From the NCBI RefSeq assembly GCF_036507355.1, contig NZ_AP027877.1: DNA of 64,000 bases, one strand, 5' to 3'. Shown piece by piece: positions 30,868 to 48,312 of this stretch (position 1 is the stretch's first letter; each line of letters begins with the position of its first letter). The notes under the pieces were generated by a model. It saw nothing but the letters and a program-made list of their open reading frames with translations. It was not told where the DNA came from and searched no databases. The translations under genes were made by a program, and so were the position numbers. The DNA is from Escherichia coli. Lineage in GTDB: Bacteria > Pseudomonadota > Gammaproteobacteria > Enterobacterales > Enterobacteriaceae.

Positions 30868-31335
30868 ATGCTTAAACAGGTAGAAATTTTCACCGATGGT
30901 TCGTGTCTGGGTAATCCTGGACCTGGGGGCTACGGCGCTATTTTACGCTATCGCGGACGCGAGAAAACTTTTAGCGCTGGCTACACCCGCACCACCAACA
31001 ACCGCATGGAGTTGATGGCCGCTATTGTCGCGCTGGAGGCGTTAAAAGAACATTGCGAAGTCATTTTGAGTACCGACAGCCAGTATGTCCGCCAGGGTAT
31101 CACCCAGTGGATCCATAACTGGAAAAAACGTGGCTGGAAAACAGCAGACAAAAAACCAGTAAAAAATGTCGATCTCTGGCAACGTCTTGATGCTGCGCTG
31201 GGGCAGCATCAAATCAAATGGGAATGGGTTAAAGGCCATGCCGGACACCCGGAAAACGAACGCTGTGATGAACTGGCTCGTGCCGCGGCGATGAATCCCA
31301 CACTGGAAGATACGGGCTACCAAGTCGAAGTTTAA
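30868..31335 (+). CDS. rnhA: ribonuclease HI
   Basis: 155 aa from [23 protein letters not shown]; divergent from dnaQ as in K-12. Confidence 0.9.
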
Positions 31336-32054
31336 GCCTGTGGTTTACGACATTGCCGGGTGGCTCCAACCGCCTGGCGAATTCGTGGCTTGTTTTTACT
31401 CTGTTTCATCGGATTTAGCGTTAAAGGAATAGTCCGTTTCCGGGCAACAATAAGTTGTAAGCAACCAAGCGCAGGAATATGCGCATTCAAAAGTTTTCCT
31501 CCGTGTTTGTTCCATGGGAGAACGTGGAAACGGCTGGCGTGTAGCACTTCAAAATTCAACAAAGAGAGCCAGTCCAGTTGCCGCATCAGAGTAAACATCC
31601 GGCTGTTATAGGGCGAGGTTTTGCGCAATACCGGCACAAGTTTGCGTAATCCCATTAAACTAATGGGATTGAAGCCACTAATGACCAGCCAGCCATCATC
31701 AATCAATACCCGATCGGCTTCACGCAATAAACGATGCGGATCGGTGCACCACGGCAATGTATGTGCCAGTAGACAAACATCAACGGATTTATCGGCAAAA
31801 GGAAGATGAAGTGGATCCGCCTGCACCTGGACGGGCATTCCTTGCGCAGAAACATTCACTTGATGAGAAACCGCGCACGCTTCGCAATTGATTTCTGCGC
31901 TTAAATTGCCAATCTTAAGCAGATGAAAACCATACATTTTAGTGAACCACGGGTTGAGCTGGCGCTCCAGCGCCTTGCGATAAAGCTCTCCCCAGGGCAA
32001 ATCGCCCCAGCAATCAGGAGCCACGACAGTTTGAGGGACTCTTGCCGGTTTCAT
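31332..32054 (-). CDS. yafS: SAM-dependent methyltransferase-like protein YafS
   Basis: about 240 aa from [13 protein letters not shown]; synteny. Confidence 0.75.
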
Positions 32055-32084
32055 CACAACCTTCCGTTTCACACTGAGAGGTAA

Positions 32085-32843
<759 letters not shown>

Positions 32844-32914
32844 TAAAACTTTCTTGTCATCGGCTCCGTTCGCCGTTATGATCGGTCGTCTTTTAAGCAA
32901 CTATTGACACACAC

Positions 32915-34273
32915 ATGAAGGCAAAAGCGATATTACTCGCCTCTGTCCTGCTCGTGGGTTGCCAGAGTACCGGCAACGTTCAACAGCACGCACAGAGCCT
33001 TTCTGCAGCTGGTCAAGGGGAAGCAGCAAAGTTTACAAGTCAGGCACGATGGATGGACGATGGGACGTCTATCGCGCCAGATGGTGACTTGTGGGCTTTC
33101 ATTGGCGACGAGCTAAAGATGGGAATTCCGGAAAATGACCGGATTCGCGAACAGAAACAGAAATATTTACGCAATAAGAGCTATCTCCACGATGTAACTT
33201 TACGGGCAGAGCCGTATATGTACTGGATAGCCGGGCAAGTTAAAAAACGTAACATGCCTATGGAACTGGTACTACTACCCATAGTGGAGAGCGCTTTTGA
33301 TCCTCACGCAACGTCTGGCGCCAATGCCGCAGGCATCTGGCAGATCATTCCGAGCACGGGGCGCAATTATGGTTTGAAACAGACCCGCAATTATGACGCG
33401 CGTCGCGATGTTGTTGCTTCAACAACTGCCGCGCTGAACATGATGCAGCGTCTGAACAAAATGTTTGACGGCGACTGGCTTCTGACCGTAGCGGCTTATA
33501 ACAGCGGCGAAGGTCGGGTCATGAAGGCAATTAAAACGAACAAAGCGCGTGGGAAATCCACGGACTTCTGGTCGTTACCGTTGCCGCAGGAAACGAAGCA
33601 GTACGTGCCTAAAATGCTGGCATTGAGTGATATTCTCAAAAACAGCAAGCGTTATGGCGTACGTCTGCCAACGACCGATGAAAGCCGTGCTCTGGCGCGT
33701 GTGCACCTGAGCAGCCCGGTTGAAATGGCGAAGGTTGCAGATATGGCGGGGATTTCCGTCAGCAAGCTGAAGACATTCAACGCTGGCGTGAAAGGCTCCA
33801 CGCTGGGCGCAAGTGGTCCGCAATACGTGATGGTGCCAAAGAAGCATGCAGATCAACTGCGTGAATCTCTGGCTTCAGGCGAAATTGCTGCTGTACAGTC
33901 GACGCTGGTTGCCGACAATACGCCGCTTAACAGCCGTGTTTACACCGTACGCTCTGGCGACACGCTTTCAAGTATCGCTTCACGTCTCGGCGTAAGCACC
34001 AAAGATTTGCAGCAGTGGAACAAACTGCGCGGATCTAAGCTGAAGCCAGGCCAAAGTTTGACGATTGGTGCAGGCAGTAGCGCACAGCGACTGGCAAACA
34101 ACAGCGATAGCATTACGTATCGTGTGCGCAAAGGCGATTCGCTTTCAAGCATTGCTAAACGCCACGGCGTGAACATCAAAGATGTGATGCGCTGGAACAG
34201 CGACACTGCGAATCTGCAACCAGGCGATAAGCTGACGTTGTTTGTGAAAAACAACAACATGCCAGATTCCTGA
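32915..34273 (+). CDS. mltD: membrane-bound lytic murein transglycosylase D
   Basis: 452 aa; lipobox LLVGC; transglycosylase domain plus C-terminal LysM repeats. Confidence 0.9.
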   Translation: MKAKAILLASVLLVGCQSTGNVQQHAQSLSAAGQGEAAKFTSQARWMDDGTSIAPDGDLWAFIGDELKMGIPENDRIREQKQKYLRNKSYLHDVTLRAEPYMYWIAGQVKKRNMPMELVLLPIVESAFDPHATSGANAAGIWQIIPSTGRNYGLKQTRNYDARRDVVASTTAALNMMQRLNKMFDGDWLLTVAAYNSGEGRVMKAIKTNKARGKSTDFWSLPLPQETKQYVPKMLALSDILKNSKRYGVRLPTTDESRALARVHLSSPVEMAKVADMAGISVSKLKTFNAGVKGSTLGASGPQYVMVPKKHADQLRESLASGEIAAVQSTLVADNTPLNSRVYTVRSGDTLSSIASRLGVSTKDLQQWNKLRGSKLKPGQSLTIGAGSSAQRLANNSDSITYRVRKGDSLSSIAKRHGVNIKDVMRWNSDTANLQPGDKLTLFVKNNNMPDS

Positions 34274-34287
34274 CAAACCAGATAATA

Positions 34288-34318
34288 AAAAGGCACCGAT
34301 TCCCCCGGTGCCTTTTTT
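34288..34318. terminator. bidirectional rho-independent terminator between mltD and yafE
   Basis: aaaaaggcaccgattcccccggtgcctttttt. Confidence 0.6.
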
Positions 34319-34320
34319 AT

Positions 34321-35091
34321 TTATGCCGCTTTATGTGCATCTACCATGATGATATCACTGGTGAAAGAGCCATCATTCTGCAAGGCAAAATACGTTCTCA
34401 CCTCTGTCGATGCGCTCTGTTGGTAAATGCGAATAGCGTCTACTAACGCTTCTGGCGTACGCATTCTCGCGCCCCATGAAGAAAATTCCAGCGGTAACTT
34501 ATCTGTAATTAAATTATCAACTATCAGATTGGCTTCATTGATTAACCTCAACCACTCACCGCTGGCGTAGTTTCGTACGTGAGAGGTATCGCGTAATGCT
34601 TCTACCGTCTGTAACCAGATGTCGCGCACTGGGTGGCCCGGAGACATTACGTCCATCACAATCAGCCTACCGCCAGGTTTCAATATCCGGTTCACTTCAC
34701 GCAGTGCTGCACCAACATCATGCCAGTGATGGGCAGAATAACGGCTGATAACAATATCAAATGCGTTATCGGCAAATGGCAGACTTTCGGCATAACCCTG
34801 GCGGGTGGTGATATTTTTCAGTTGCCGGACTTCGGCAGCTTGTGCCACGACATCCAGCATTTGGGCAGATAAGTCATACGCCACCACCGTGCTCACGTTT
34901 TGCGCAGCGACAAAGCTGGCATGCCCTGCTCCGCAGCCCATATCAAGTACACTTGCATCAGGATAATCAGCCAGACACACCGCCAGGCGCTGTAAATCTC
35001 GTCCGGATGCATGTACGGTACTGGTCAGATATTCGCTGGCTTGAGAGCTAAACTGCTTTTCTACATGGTCATGGTGGGATTGTATTGTCAT
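34321..35091 (-). CDS. yafE: class I SAM-dependent methyltransferase YafE
   Basis: 256-aa ORF with SAM-binding motif LDMGCGAGH. Confidence 0.8.
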   Translation of the reverse strand: MTIQSHHDHVEKQFSSQASEYLTSTVHASGRDLQRLAVCLADYPDASVLDMGCGAGHASFVAAQNVSTVVAYDLSAQMLDVVAQAAEVRQLKNITTRQGYAESLPFADNAFDIVISRYSAHHWHDVGAALREVNRILKPGGRLIVMDVMSPGHPVRDIWLQTVEALRDTSHVRNYASGEWLRLINEANLIVDNLITDKLPLEFSSWGARMRTPEALVDAIRIYQQSASTEVRTYFALQNDGSFTSDIIMVDAHKAA

Positions 35092-35168
35092 TGCGCTGTC
35101 CTTTTGTTATTTGAGTATAAAAGGGCAGCGCCAAACGTTGGTCTGCCCTGTGGCAGACCTGACATACC

Positions 35169-36020
<852 letters not shown>

Positions 36021-36209
36021 CTACTGTTATAGGGATTTTAGCTCACTCTTTCAACGAGCAATTGTATATTGTTATGTAAGCAAGTGCTTACACCGGTCAG
36101 AATTTTGCTCATTATTGAGAACATTAAATCGGATGACATATCACGCATCCTGATGGTTTAATGACAAATAAATTCAAAATATCTCTTCTATTTTGCAACA
36201 GGAGCAAAA

Positions 36210-37124
36210 ATGAAAGCCACTTCGGAAGAACTCGCCATTTTTGTTTCGGTCGTAGAAAGCGGCAGCTTTAGCCGGGCAGCGGAACAATTAGGGCAAGCAA
36301 ACTCAGCGGTAAGCCGGGCGGTGAAAAAGCTGGAGATGAAACTTGGCGTTAGCCTGCTTAATCGGACCACGCGACAACTTAGCCTGACGGAAGAAGGCGA
36401 GCGTTATTTCCGTCGCGTACAGTCAATTTTGCAGGAGATGGCAGCGGCAGAATCAGAAATTATGGAGACGCGTAATACACCGCGTGGACTGTTACGGATC
36501 GATGCCGCAACTCCAGTGGTGCTGCACTTTCTGATGCCGTTAATTAAGCCTTTCCGTGAACGCTATCCGGAAGTCACTTTGTCGCTAGTCTCCTCCGAAA
36601 CGATTATTAATTTGATCGAAAGAAAAGTGGATGTCGCGATACGCGCTGGTACGTTAACGGATTCCAGCTTACGTGCCAGGCCGTTATTTAACAGTTATCG
36701 AAAAATTATCGCCTCCCCCGATTATATTTCCCGCTACGGGAAGCCAGAAACGATCGACGATTTAAAGCAACATGTTTGCCTGGGATTCACTGAACCCGCT
36801 TCCCTCAATACCTGGCCGATAGCCTGTAGCGATGGACAATTACATGAGGTGAAGTACGGTTTGTCATCCAATAGTGGGGAAACACTGAAACAGCTTTGCC
36901 TGAGTGGCAACGGGATTGCGTGTTTGTCCGACTATATGATCGACAGAGAAATCGCTCGCGGAGAATTGGTGGAGTTAATGGCAGATAAAGTGTTGCCAGT
37001 GGAAATGCCATTCAGTGCAGTCTATTACAGCGACCGTGCGGTAAGTACGCGCATCCGGGCTTTTATCGATTTCCTTAGCGAGCATGTAAAAACAGCTCCC
37101 GGAGGAGCTGTCAGAGAGGCTTAA
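36210..37124 (+). CDS. yafC: LysR-family transcriptional regulator YafC
   Basis: 304 aa; N-terminal HTH ([23 protein letters not shown]). Confidence 0.8.
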   Translation: MKATSEELAIFVSVVESGSFSRAAEQLGQANSAVSRAVKKLEMKLGVSLLNRTTRQLSLTEEGERYFRRVQSILQEMAAAESEIMETRNTPRGLLRIDAATPVVLHFLMPLIKPFRERYPEVTLSLVSSETIINLIERKVDVAIRAGTLTDSSLRARPLFNSYRKIIASPDYISRYGKPETIDDLKQHVCLGFTEPASLNTWPIACSDGQLHEVKYGLSSNSGETLKQLCLSGNGIACLSDYMIDREIARGELVELMADKVLPVEMPFSAVYYSDRAVSTRIRAFIDFLSEHVKTAPGGAVREA

Positions 37125-37924
37125 TCCCATTCAGGAGCCAGACCTTCCGGGCTAACCAGGCGGTCGTTGCAATCCAGTGCGGCGATCGCTTTTTTATCTT
37201 CGGCATCAAGCTGTAAATTTTGTGCCTTAAGATTACTTTCCAGGTTTTTACGTTTAGTAGAAGAAGGAATTACTGAGTAACCTTCCCCCATAGCCCACGC
37301 CAGAATCACTTGTGCCGGAGTCGCATTGTGTTTAGCTGCGATACGAGCAATAACCTCATCTTTCAGGGCCTTACCATACGCCAGCGTCATATAGGAAGTA
37401 ATATGGATGCCGTGCTGTTTAGCCAAGGCAACCACTTTACGGTTTTGCAGATAAGGAGAGAGTTCAATCTGGTTAGTAGCGATGTTTTCAGCGCCAACAG
37501 CAGCAATCGCCTTTTCCATCAATGGGATCGTGAAGTTGGAAATACCGATCTCACGCGTCAGCCCTTGTTTTTTGGCTTCCAGCAGCGCCTGCATAAACTC
37601 TTCAACAGCGACTTCATCGTTTGGTGACGGCCAGTGGATTAGCGTCAGATCAACATAATCGGTACGCAATTTTTGCAGGCTCTCTTTCAGACTTGGGATC
37701 AATTTGTCTTTGCTGAGATTTTCAATCCAGATTTTAGTGGTGATGTAGAGTTCATGACGTGGCACGCCACTTTCTGCAATCGCCTGACCTACTGCGGCTT
37801 CGTTATCATAGATTTGTGCGGTATCAATTGCGCGATAACCAAGTTCAAGCGCCGTTTTCACAGATGAAATAACAACGTCGTCTTTCAGACGGAAAGTACC
37901 TAAACCAAATGCAGGGATAGCCAT
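37121..37924 (-). CDS. dkgB: 2,5-diketo-D-gluconate reductase B (aldo-keto reductase)
   Basis: 267 aa; AKR-family sequence; divergent from yafC. Confidence 0.85.
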   Translation of the reverse strand: MAIPAFGLGTFRLKDDVVISSVKTALELGYRAIDTAQIYDNEAAVGQAIAESGVPRHELYITTKIWIENLSKDKLIPSLKESLQKLRTDYVDLTLIHWPSPNDEVAVEEFMQALLEAKKQGLTREIGISNFTIPLMEKAIAAVGAENIATNQIELSPYLQNRKVVALAKQHGIHITSYMTLAYGKALKDEVIARIAAKHNATPAQVILAWAMGEGYSVIPSSTKRKNLESNLKAQNLQLDAEDKKAIAALDCNDRLVSPEGLAPEWD

Positions 37925-38046
37925 AATATGCCTCTTTTAATGCTATTTTCGTTAACTGAGGTGATTATGGGCTTCAGACTGTTGAGGAAAAAGAGCGTAA
38001 AACGCAGAGGATTTTTGCGATTTTAGCAATAATAGAAATGTAGACG

Positions 38047-38075
38047 AAAAAAAACCTCGAGCGATAACTCGAGGC
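38047..38075 (-). terminator. rho-independent terminator at the end of the rrnH operon
   Basis: hairpin cctcgagcgataactcgagg with T-tract on the minus strand. Confidence 0.5.
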
Positions 38076-38086
38076 TTCTTAATAAG

Positions 38087-38163
38087 TGGCGGAACGGACG
38101 GGACTCGAACCCGCGACCCCCTGCGTGACAGGCAGGTATTCTAACCGACTGAACTACCGCTCC
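38087..38163 (-). tRNA. aspU: tRNA-Asp (GUC), distal gene of the rrnH operon
   Basis: identical to aspV; follows the 5S rRNA. Confidence 0.95.
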
Positions 38164-38215
38164 ACCGAATTCTTTTACAACCACCGGTTTTATGACCGGC
38201 TTACTGCTTAATTTG

Positions 38216-38335
38216 ATGCCTGGCAGTTCCCTACTCTCGCATGGGGAGACCCCACACTACCATCGGCGCTACGGCGTTTCACTTCTGAGTTCGGCATGGG
38301 GTCAGGTGGGACCACCGCGCTACGGCCGCCAGGCA
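38216..38335 (-). rRNA. rrfH: 5S ribosomal RNA
   Basis: reverse complement TGCCTGGCGGCCGTAGCGCGGTGG...GGGAACTGCCAGGCAT, 120 nt. Confidence 0.95.
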
Positions 38336-38427
38336 AATTCTGTTTTATCAGACCGCTTCTGCGTTCTGATTTAATCTGTATCAGGCTGAAAATCTTCTCT
38401 CATCCGCCAAAACAGCTTCGGCGTTGT

Positions 38428-41330
<2,903 letters not shown>

Positions 41331-41513
41331 TCACAACCCGAAGATGTTTCTTTCGATTCATCATCGTGTTGCGAAAATTTGAGAGACTCACGAACAACTC
41401 TCGTTGTTCAGTGTTTCAATTTTCAGCTTGATCCAGATTTTTAAAGAGCAAAACTTCGCAGTGAACCTTTGCAGGTACACTCTGAAGTATTTTTTATTTA
41501 ATCACTACAGAGA

Positions 41514-41589
41514 TGGTGGAGCTATGCGGGATCGAACCGCAGACCTCCTGCGTGCAAAGCAGGCGCTCTCCCAGCTGAGCTATAGCCCC
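41514..41589 (-). tRNA. alaV: tRNA-Ala (UGC), spacer tRNA
   Basis: reverse complement GGGGCTATAGCTCAGCTGGGAGAGCGCCTGCTTTGCACGCAGGAGGTCTGCGGTTCGATCCCGCATAGCTCCACCA. Confidence 0.95.
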
Positions 41590-41631
41590 ATAACATGTAG
41601 TTAAAACCTCTTCAAATTTGCGGTGCAAATT

Positions 41632-41708
<77 letters not shown>

Positions 41709-41776
41709 GTAGAGGTTTTACTGCTCATTTTCATCAGACAATCTGTGTGAGCACTACAAAGAACGCTTCTTTAAGG

Positions 41777-43318
<1,542 letters not shown>

Positions 43319-43612
43319 AAAAGTTTGATGCTCAAAGAATTAAACTTCGTAATGAATTACGTGTTCACTCTTGAGACTTGGTATTCATTTTTCGTCTTGC
43401 GACGTTAAGAATCCGTATCTTCGAGTGCCCACACAGATTGTCTGATAAATTGTTAAAGAGCAGTTGCGACGCGGCTTTCAGCTCACTGTCGCGAGGTGGC
43501 GTATATTACGCTTTCCTCTTTCAGAGTCAACCCTGAATTTCAGGATTTTTCTCTTCAACCGAACCGGCTGTTTGTGTGAAGTGATTCACATCCGCCGTGT
43601 CGATGGAGGCGC

Positions 43613-43665
43613 ATTATAGGGAGTCATTTCAGGAAGACAAGCGGAAAAATGCATTTTTATTTCAA
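43613..43665 (-). promoter_or_regulatory. rrnH P1 promoter with upstream AT-rich UP element
   Basis: minus strand reads CTTGTCTTCCTGAAATGACTCCCTATAATGCGCCTCC: -35 TTGTCT, 16-bp spacer, -10 TATAAT, GC-rich discriminator; AT-rich tract just upstream. Confidence 0.6.
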
Positions 43666-43683
43666 CCGCTCATCTTTTAATCA

Positions 43684-44256
43684 TTACGCCGGTTTTTGCT
43701 GCTTTTTTATCGCTTGCGGCAGGTCTGCCAGGCTATTTAACACCCAATCTGCCGCGTTTTCTGCTTCAGGTGTAATAGGTTTACCCGTACGCACCAGCAC
43801 TTTTGTTCCCACGTTCGCCGCAACCGCTGCCTGCATATCTTCTAATTTATCGCCCACCATATAAGAAGCGGCCATATCAATATGCAAATAATCGCGTGCT
43901 GACAAAAGCATCCCCGGATGTGGTTTGCGGCAATCGCAGACCTGGCGAAACTCTTCAACACTACCCTGCGGATGATGCGGGCAATAATAGATACCATCCA
44001 GATCGACATCTCGGTCCGCCAGCGACCAGTCCATCCACTCGGTCAGCGTTTCAAACTGTGCTTCGGTAAATTTACCGCGAGCAATGCCAGACTGGTTGGT
44101 TACTACCACCAGCGCAAAGCCCATTTTTTTTAGCTCGCGCATGGCGTCAATAACACCGTCGATAAATTCAAAGTTGTCGATCTCATGGACATAGCCGTGA
44201 TCGACATTAATGGTGCCATCACGGTCAAGAAAAATTGCGGGTACGCTCTTCGCCAC
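43684..44256 (-). CDS. gmhB: D,D-heptose 1,7-bisphosphate phosphatase
   Basis: 190 aa; HAD motif FLDRDGTIN. Confidence 0.9.
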   Translation of the reverse strand: MAKSVPAIFLDRDGTINVDHGYVHEIDNFEFIDGVIDAMRELKKMGFALVVVTNQSGIARGKFTEAQFETLTEWMDWSLADRDVDLDGIYYCPHHPQGSVEEFRQVCDCRKPHPGMLLSARDYLHIDMAASYMVGDKLEDMQAAVAANVGTKVLVRTGKPITPEAENAADWVLNSLADLPQAIKKQQKPA

Positions 44257-44345
44257 CTTTTATAGCTCCTTAATAAGGCATGTGACGCTAGTATCGCATG
44301 TTTCGACCTGCAAGAAAGTGCTCTTCGCATAAACCTGATTGATTT

Positions 44346-44361
44346 AGACGTCTGGATGCCT
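44346..44361 (+). promoter_or_regulatory. MetJ operator (tandem met boxes) upstream of metN
   Basis: agacgtct followed by ggatgcct; the first octamer is a perfect met-box consensus AGACGTCT. Confidence 0.5.
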
Positions 44362-44443
44362 TAACATCCATTTCATTGACGGCGTTGCCCGTTTCAGGCA
44401 TTCGAGATGCCACGACTAACTTAATGACGATAATAAATAATCA

Positions 44444-45475
44444 ATGATAAAACTTTCGAATATCACCAAAGTGTTCCACCAGGGCACCCGCACCATCCAG
44501 GCGTTGAACAACGTCAGCCTGCATGTGCCAGCTGGACAAATTTATGGCGTTATCGGTGCCTCAGGCGCGGGTAAGAGTACGCTTATACGTTGTGTAAACC
44601 TGCTGGAGCGCCCAACCGAGGGTAGCGTGCTGGTCGATGGACAGGAACTGACCACGCTGTCAGAATCCGAGTTGACCAAAGCTCGCCGCCAGATTGGTAT
44701 GATTTTCCAGCATTTTAACCTGCTCTCTTCGCGTACTGTTTTTGGCAACGTGGCTCTGCCGCTGGAGCTGGACAATACACCGAAAGACGAGATCAAACGT
44801 CGCGTGACGGAATTGCTGTCATTGGTTGGTCTTGGCGATAAGCATGATAGCTACCCGTCGAATCTTTCCGGTGGGCAGAAACAACGTGTGGCGATTGCCC
44901 GTGCATTAGCCAGCAATCCCAAAGTATTGCTGTGTGATGAAGCCACCAGCGCGCTGGACCCGGCAACGACACGTTCTATTCTCGAACTGCTGAAAGACAT
45001 CAACCGCCGTCTGGGTTTGACGATTCTGTTGATCACCCACGAAATGGACGTTGTGAAGCGTATTTGTGATTGCGTTGCGGTCATCAGCAATGGCGAACTG
45101 ATCGAGCAGGACACGGTAAGTGAAGTGTTCTCACATCCGAAAACGCCGCTGGCGCAGAAGTTTATTCAGTCAACCCTGCATCTGGATATCCCGGAAGATT
45201 ACCAGGAACGTCTGCAAGCGGAGCCATTCACTGACTGCGTGCCGATGCTGCGTCTGGAGTTTACCGGTCAATCGGTCGATGCCCCACTGCTTTCTGAAAC
45301 CGCGCGTCGTTTCAACGTCAACAACAACATTATTAGCGCGCAGATGGACTACGCCGGTGGCGTTAAGTTCGGCATCATGCTGACTGAAATGCACGGCACA
45401 CAACAAGATACGCAAGCCGCCATTGCCTGGCTGCAGGAACACCATGTAAAAGTAGAGGTACTGGGTTATGTCTGA
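44444..45475 (+). CDS. metN: methionine ABC transporter ATP-binding protein
   Basis: 343 aa; Walker [13 protein letters not shown] signature LSGGQKQR. Confidence 0.9.
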
Positions 45476-46121
45476 GCCGATGATGTGGCTGCTGGTTCGT
45501 GGCGTATGGGAAACGCTGGCAATGACCTTCGTATCCGGATTTTTTGGGTTTGTGATTGGTCTGCCGGTTGGCGTCCTGCTTTATGTCACGCGTCCGGGGC
45601 AAATTATTGCTAACGCGAAGCTGTATCGTACCGTTTCTGCGATTGTGAATATTTTCCGTTCCATCCCGTTCATTATCTTGCTGGTATGGATGATTCCGTT
45701 TACCCGCGTTATTGTCGGTACATCGATTGGTTTGCAGGCAGCAATTGTTCCGTTAACCGTTGGTGCAGCACCGTTTATTGCCCGTATGGTCGAGAACGCT
45801 CTGCTGGAGATCCCAACCGGGTTAATTGAAGCTTCCCGCGCAATGGGTGCCACGCCAATGCAGATCGTCCGTAAAGTGCTGTTACCGGAAGCGTTGCCGG
45901 GTCTGGTGAATGCGGCAACTATCACCCTGATTACCCTGGTCGGTTATTCCGCGATGGGTGGTGCAGTCGGTGCCGGTGGTTTAGGTCAGATTGGCTATCA
46001 GTATGGCTACATCGGCTACAACGCGACGGTGATGAATACGGTACTGGTATTGCTGGTCATTCTGGTTTATTTAATTCAGTTCGCAGGCGACCGCATCGTC
46101 CGGGCTGTCACTCGCAAGTAA
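45468..46121 (+). CDS. metI: methionine ABC transporter permease
   Basis: 217 aa, multi-TM; start overlaps metN stop. Confidence 0.9.
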
Positions 46122-46160
46122 CGTTCAACACAACATAAATAATTGAAGAAGGAATAAGGT

Positions 46161-46976
46161 ATGGCGTTCAAATTCAAAACCTTTGCGGCAGTGGGAGCCC
46201 TGATTGGATCACTGGCACTGGTAGGCTGCGGTCAGGATGAAAAAGATCCAAACCACATTAAAGTCGGCGTGATTGTTGGTGCCGAACAGCAGGTTGCAGA
46301 AGTCGCGCAGAAAGTTGCGAAAGACAAATATGGCCTGGACGTTGAGCTGGTAACCTTCAACGACTATGTTCTGCCAAACGAAGCATTGAGCAAAGGCGAT
46401 ATCGACGCCAACGCCTTCCAGCATAAACCGTACCTTGATCAGCAACTGAAAGATCGTGGCTACAAACTGGTCGCAGTAGGCAACACTTTTGTTTATCCGA
46501 TTGCAGGTTACTCCAAGAAAATCAAATCACTGGATGAACTGCAGGATGGTTCGCAGGTTGCCGTGCCAAACGACCCAACTAACCTTGGTCGTTCACTGCT
46601 GCTGCTGCAAAAAGTGGGCTTGATCAAACTGAAAGATGGCGTTGGCCTGCTGCCGACCGTTCTTGATGTTGTTGAGAACCCCAAAAATCTGAAAATTGTT
46701 GAGCTGGAAGCACCGCAGCTGCCGCGTTCTCTGGACGACGCGCAAATCGCTCTGGCAGTTATCAATACCACCTATGCCAGCCAGATTGGCCTGACTCCAG
46801 CGAAAGACGGTATCTTTGTCGAAGATAAAGACTCCCCGTACGTAAACCTGATCGTAACGCGTGAAGATAACAAAGACGCCGAGAACGTGAAGAAATTCGT
46901 CCAGGCTTATCAGTCTGACGAAGTTTACGAAGCAGCAAACAAAGTGTTTAACGGCGGCGCTGTTAAAGGCTGGTAA
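46161..46976 (+). CDS. metQ: methionine ABC transporter substrate-binding lipoprotein
   Basis: 271 aa; lipobox LALVGC. Confidence 0.9.
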   Translation: MAFKFKTFAAVGALIGSLALVGCGQDEKDPNHIKVGVIVGAEQQVAEVAQKVAKDKYGLDVELVTFNDYVLPNEALSKGDIDANAFQHKPYLDQQLKDRGYKLVAVGNTFVYPIAGYSKKIKSLDELQDGSQVAVPNDPTNLGRSLLLLQKVGLIKLKDGVGLLPTVLDVVENPKNLKIVELEAPQLPRSLDDAQIALAVINTTYASQIGLTPAKDGIFVEDKDSPYVNLIVTREDNKDAENVKKFVQAYQSDEVYEAANKVFNGGAVKGW

Positions 46977-47011
46977 TTTTTAGGCTGTTTCCACAATTTG
47001 TAATATCATTC

Positions 47012-47042
47012 AGGACGGGCGCTTGCCCGTCTTGTCATTTTT
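47012..47042 (+). terminator. rho-independent terminator after metQ
   Basis: hairpin gacgggcgcttgcccgtc followed by ttgtcattttt. Confidence 0.5.
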
Positions 47043-47093
47043 ACAAGCTCCTGATTCAATATTGACGTTTTGATCATACATTGAGGAAATACT

Positions 47094-47498
47094 ATGCGTG
47101 CTTTACCGATCTGTTTAGTAGCACTCATGCTAAGCGGCTGTTCCATGTTAAGCAGATCCCCTGTCGAACCCGTTCAAAGCACTGCACCCCAGCCGAAAGC
47201 GGAGCCTGCAAAACCGAAAGCGCCGCGCGCCACGCCGGTCCGAATTTATACCAATGCAGAAGAATTAGTCGGCAAACCGTTCCGCGATCTCGGTGAAGTC
47301 AGTGGCGACTCTTGCCAGGCCTCTAATCAGGACTCTCCGCCGAGCATTCCAACCGCACGTAAGCGGATGCAAATCAACGCCTCGAAAATGAAAGCCAATG
47401 CGGTATTACTGCACAGCTGCGAAGTCACCAGCGGTACGCCAGGCTGCTATCGTCAGGCTGTATGTATCGGTTCTGCGCTTAACATTACGGCGAAATGA
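47094..47498 (+). CDS. rcsF: outer-membrane lipoprotein RcsF (Rcs phosphorelay sensor)
   Basis: 134 aa; lipobox LMLSGC; Pro/Lys-rich linker. Confidence 0.9.
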   Translation: MRALPICLVALMLSGCSMLSRSPVEPVQSTAPQPKAEPAKPKAPRATPVRIYTNAEELVGKPFRDLGEVSGDSCQASNQDSPPSIPTARKRMQINASKMKANAVLLHSCEVTSGTPGCYRQAVCIGSALNITAK

Positions 47499-48202
47499 GC
47501 AGTTTCCAGTTCGAGCAAATAGGTGTTATTCGCTCGCCCTATAAAGAAAAATTCGCCGTTCCGCGCCAGCCAGGTCTGGTAAAAAGCGCCAACGGCGAAC
47601 TGCATCTCATTGCTCCCTACAACCAGGCCGACGCCGTTCGCGGCCTGGAAGCGTTCAGCCATTTATGGATCCTTTTCGTCTTTCATCAAACGATGGAAGG
47701 CGGCTGGCGTCCGACTGTGCGTCCACCGCGCCTCGGCGGTAACGCCAGAATGGGGGTTTTCGCAACACGCTCTACTTTCCGCCCTAACCCAATTGGCATG
47801 TCGCTGGTAGAGCTGAAAGAGGTTGTTTGCCATAAAGACAGCGTGATTCTGAAGCTCGGCAGTCTGGATCTGGTCGATGGTACGCCGGTAGTGGATATCA
47901 AACCGTATCTCCCCTTTGCCGAATCGCTTCCCGATGCCAGTGCCAGCTATGCGCAAAGTGCGCCAGCTGCAGAGATGGCGGTGAGTTTTACCGCAGAGGT
48001 CGAAAAGCAGCTTTTGACGCTGGAGAAGCGTTATCCGCAGTTAACGCTGTTTATCCGCGAAGTACTGGCGCAGGACCCGCGCCCAGCCTATCGTAAAGGT
48101 GAGGAAACGGGCAAAACCTATGCCGTCTGGCTGCATGATTTTAACGTTCGCTGGCGCGTCACCGACGCAGGTTTTGAAGTCTTTGCGCTGGAACCGCGTT
48201 AA
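47495..48202 (+). CDS. tsaA: tRNA (adenine37-N6)-methyltransferase TsaA (YaeB)
   Basis: 235 aa; start overlaps rcsF stop. Confidence 0.85.
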   Translation: MSSFQFEQIGVIRSPYKEKFAVPRQPGLVKSANGELHLIAPYNQADAVRGLEAFSHLWILFVFHQTMEGGWRPTVRPPRLGGNARMGVFATRSTFRPNPIGMSLVELKEVVCHKDSVILKLGSLDLVDGTPVVDIKPYLPFAESLPDASASYAQSAPAAEMAVSFTAEVEKQLLTLEKRYPQLTLFIREVLAQDPRPAYRKGEETGKTYAVWLHDFNVRWRVTDAGFEVFALEPR

Positions 48203-48312
48203 ATTCACGCCCTTCTCTTTTGACATTTCTTTTGCACTGGTAAACTAAATCACTTTTTTTGTCCCAGGCTCGCCTTGAGCCTGTTCTACCTTCCAACTGG
48301 AACCGTAACAAC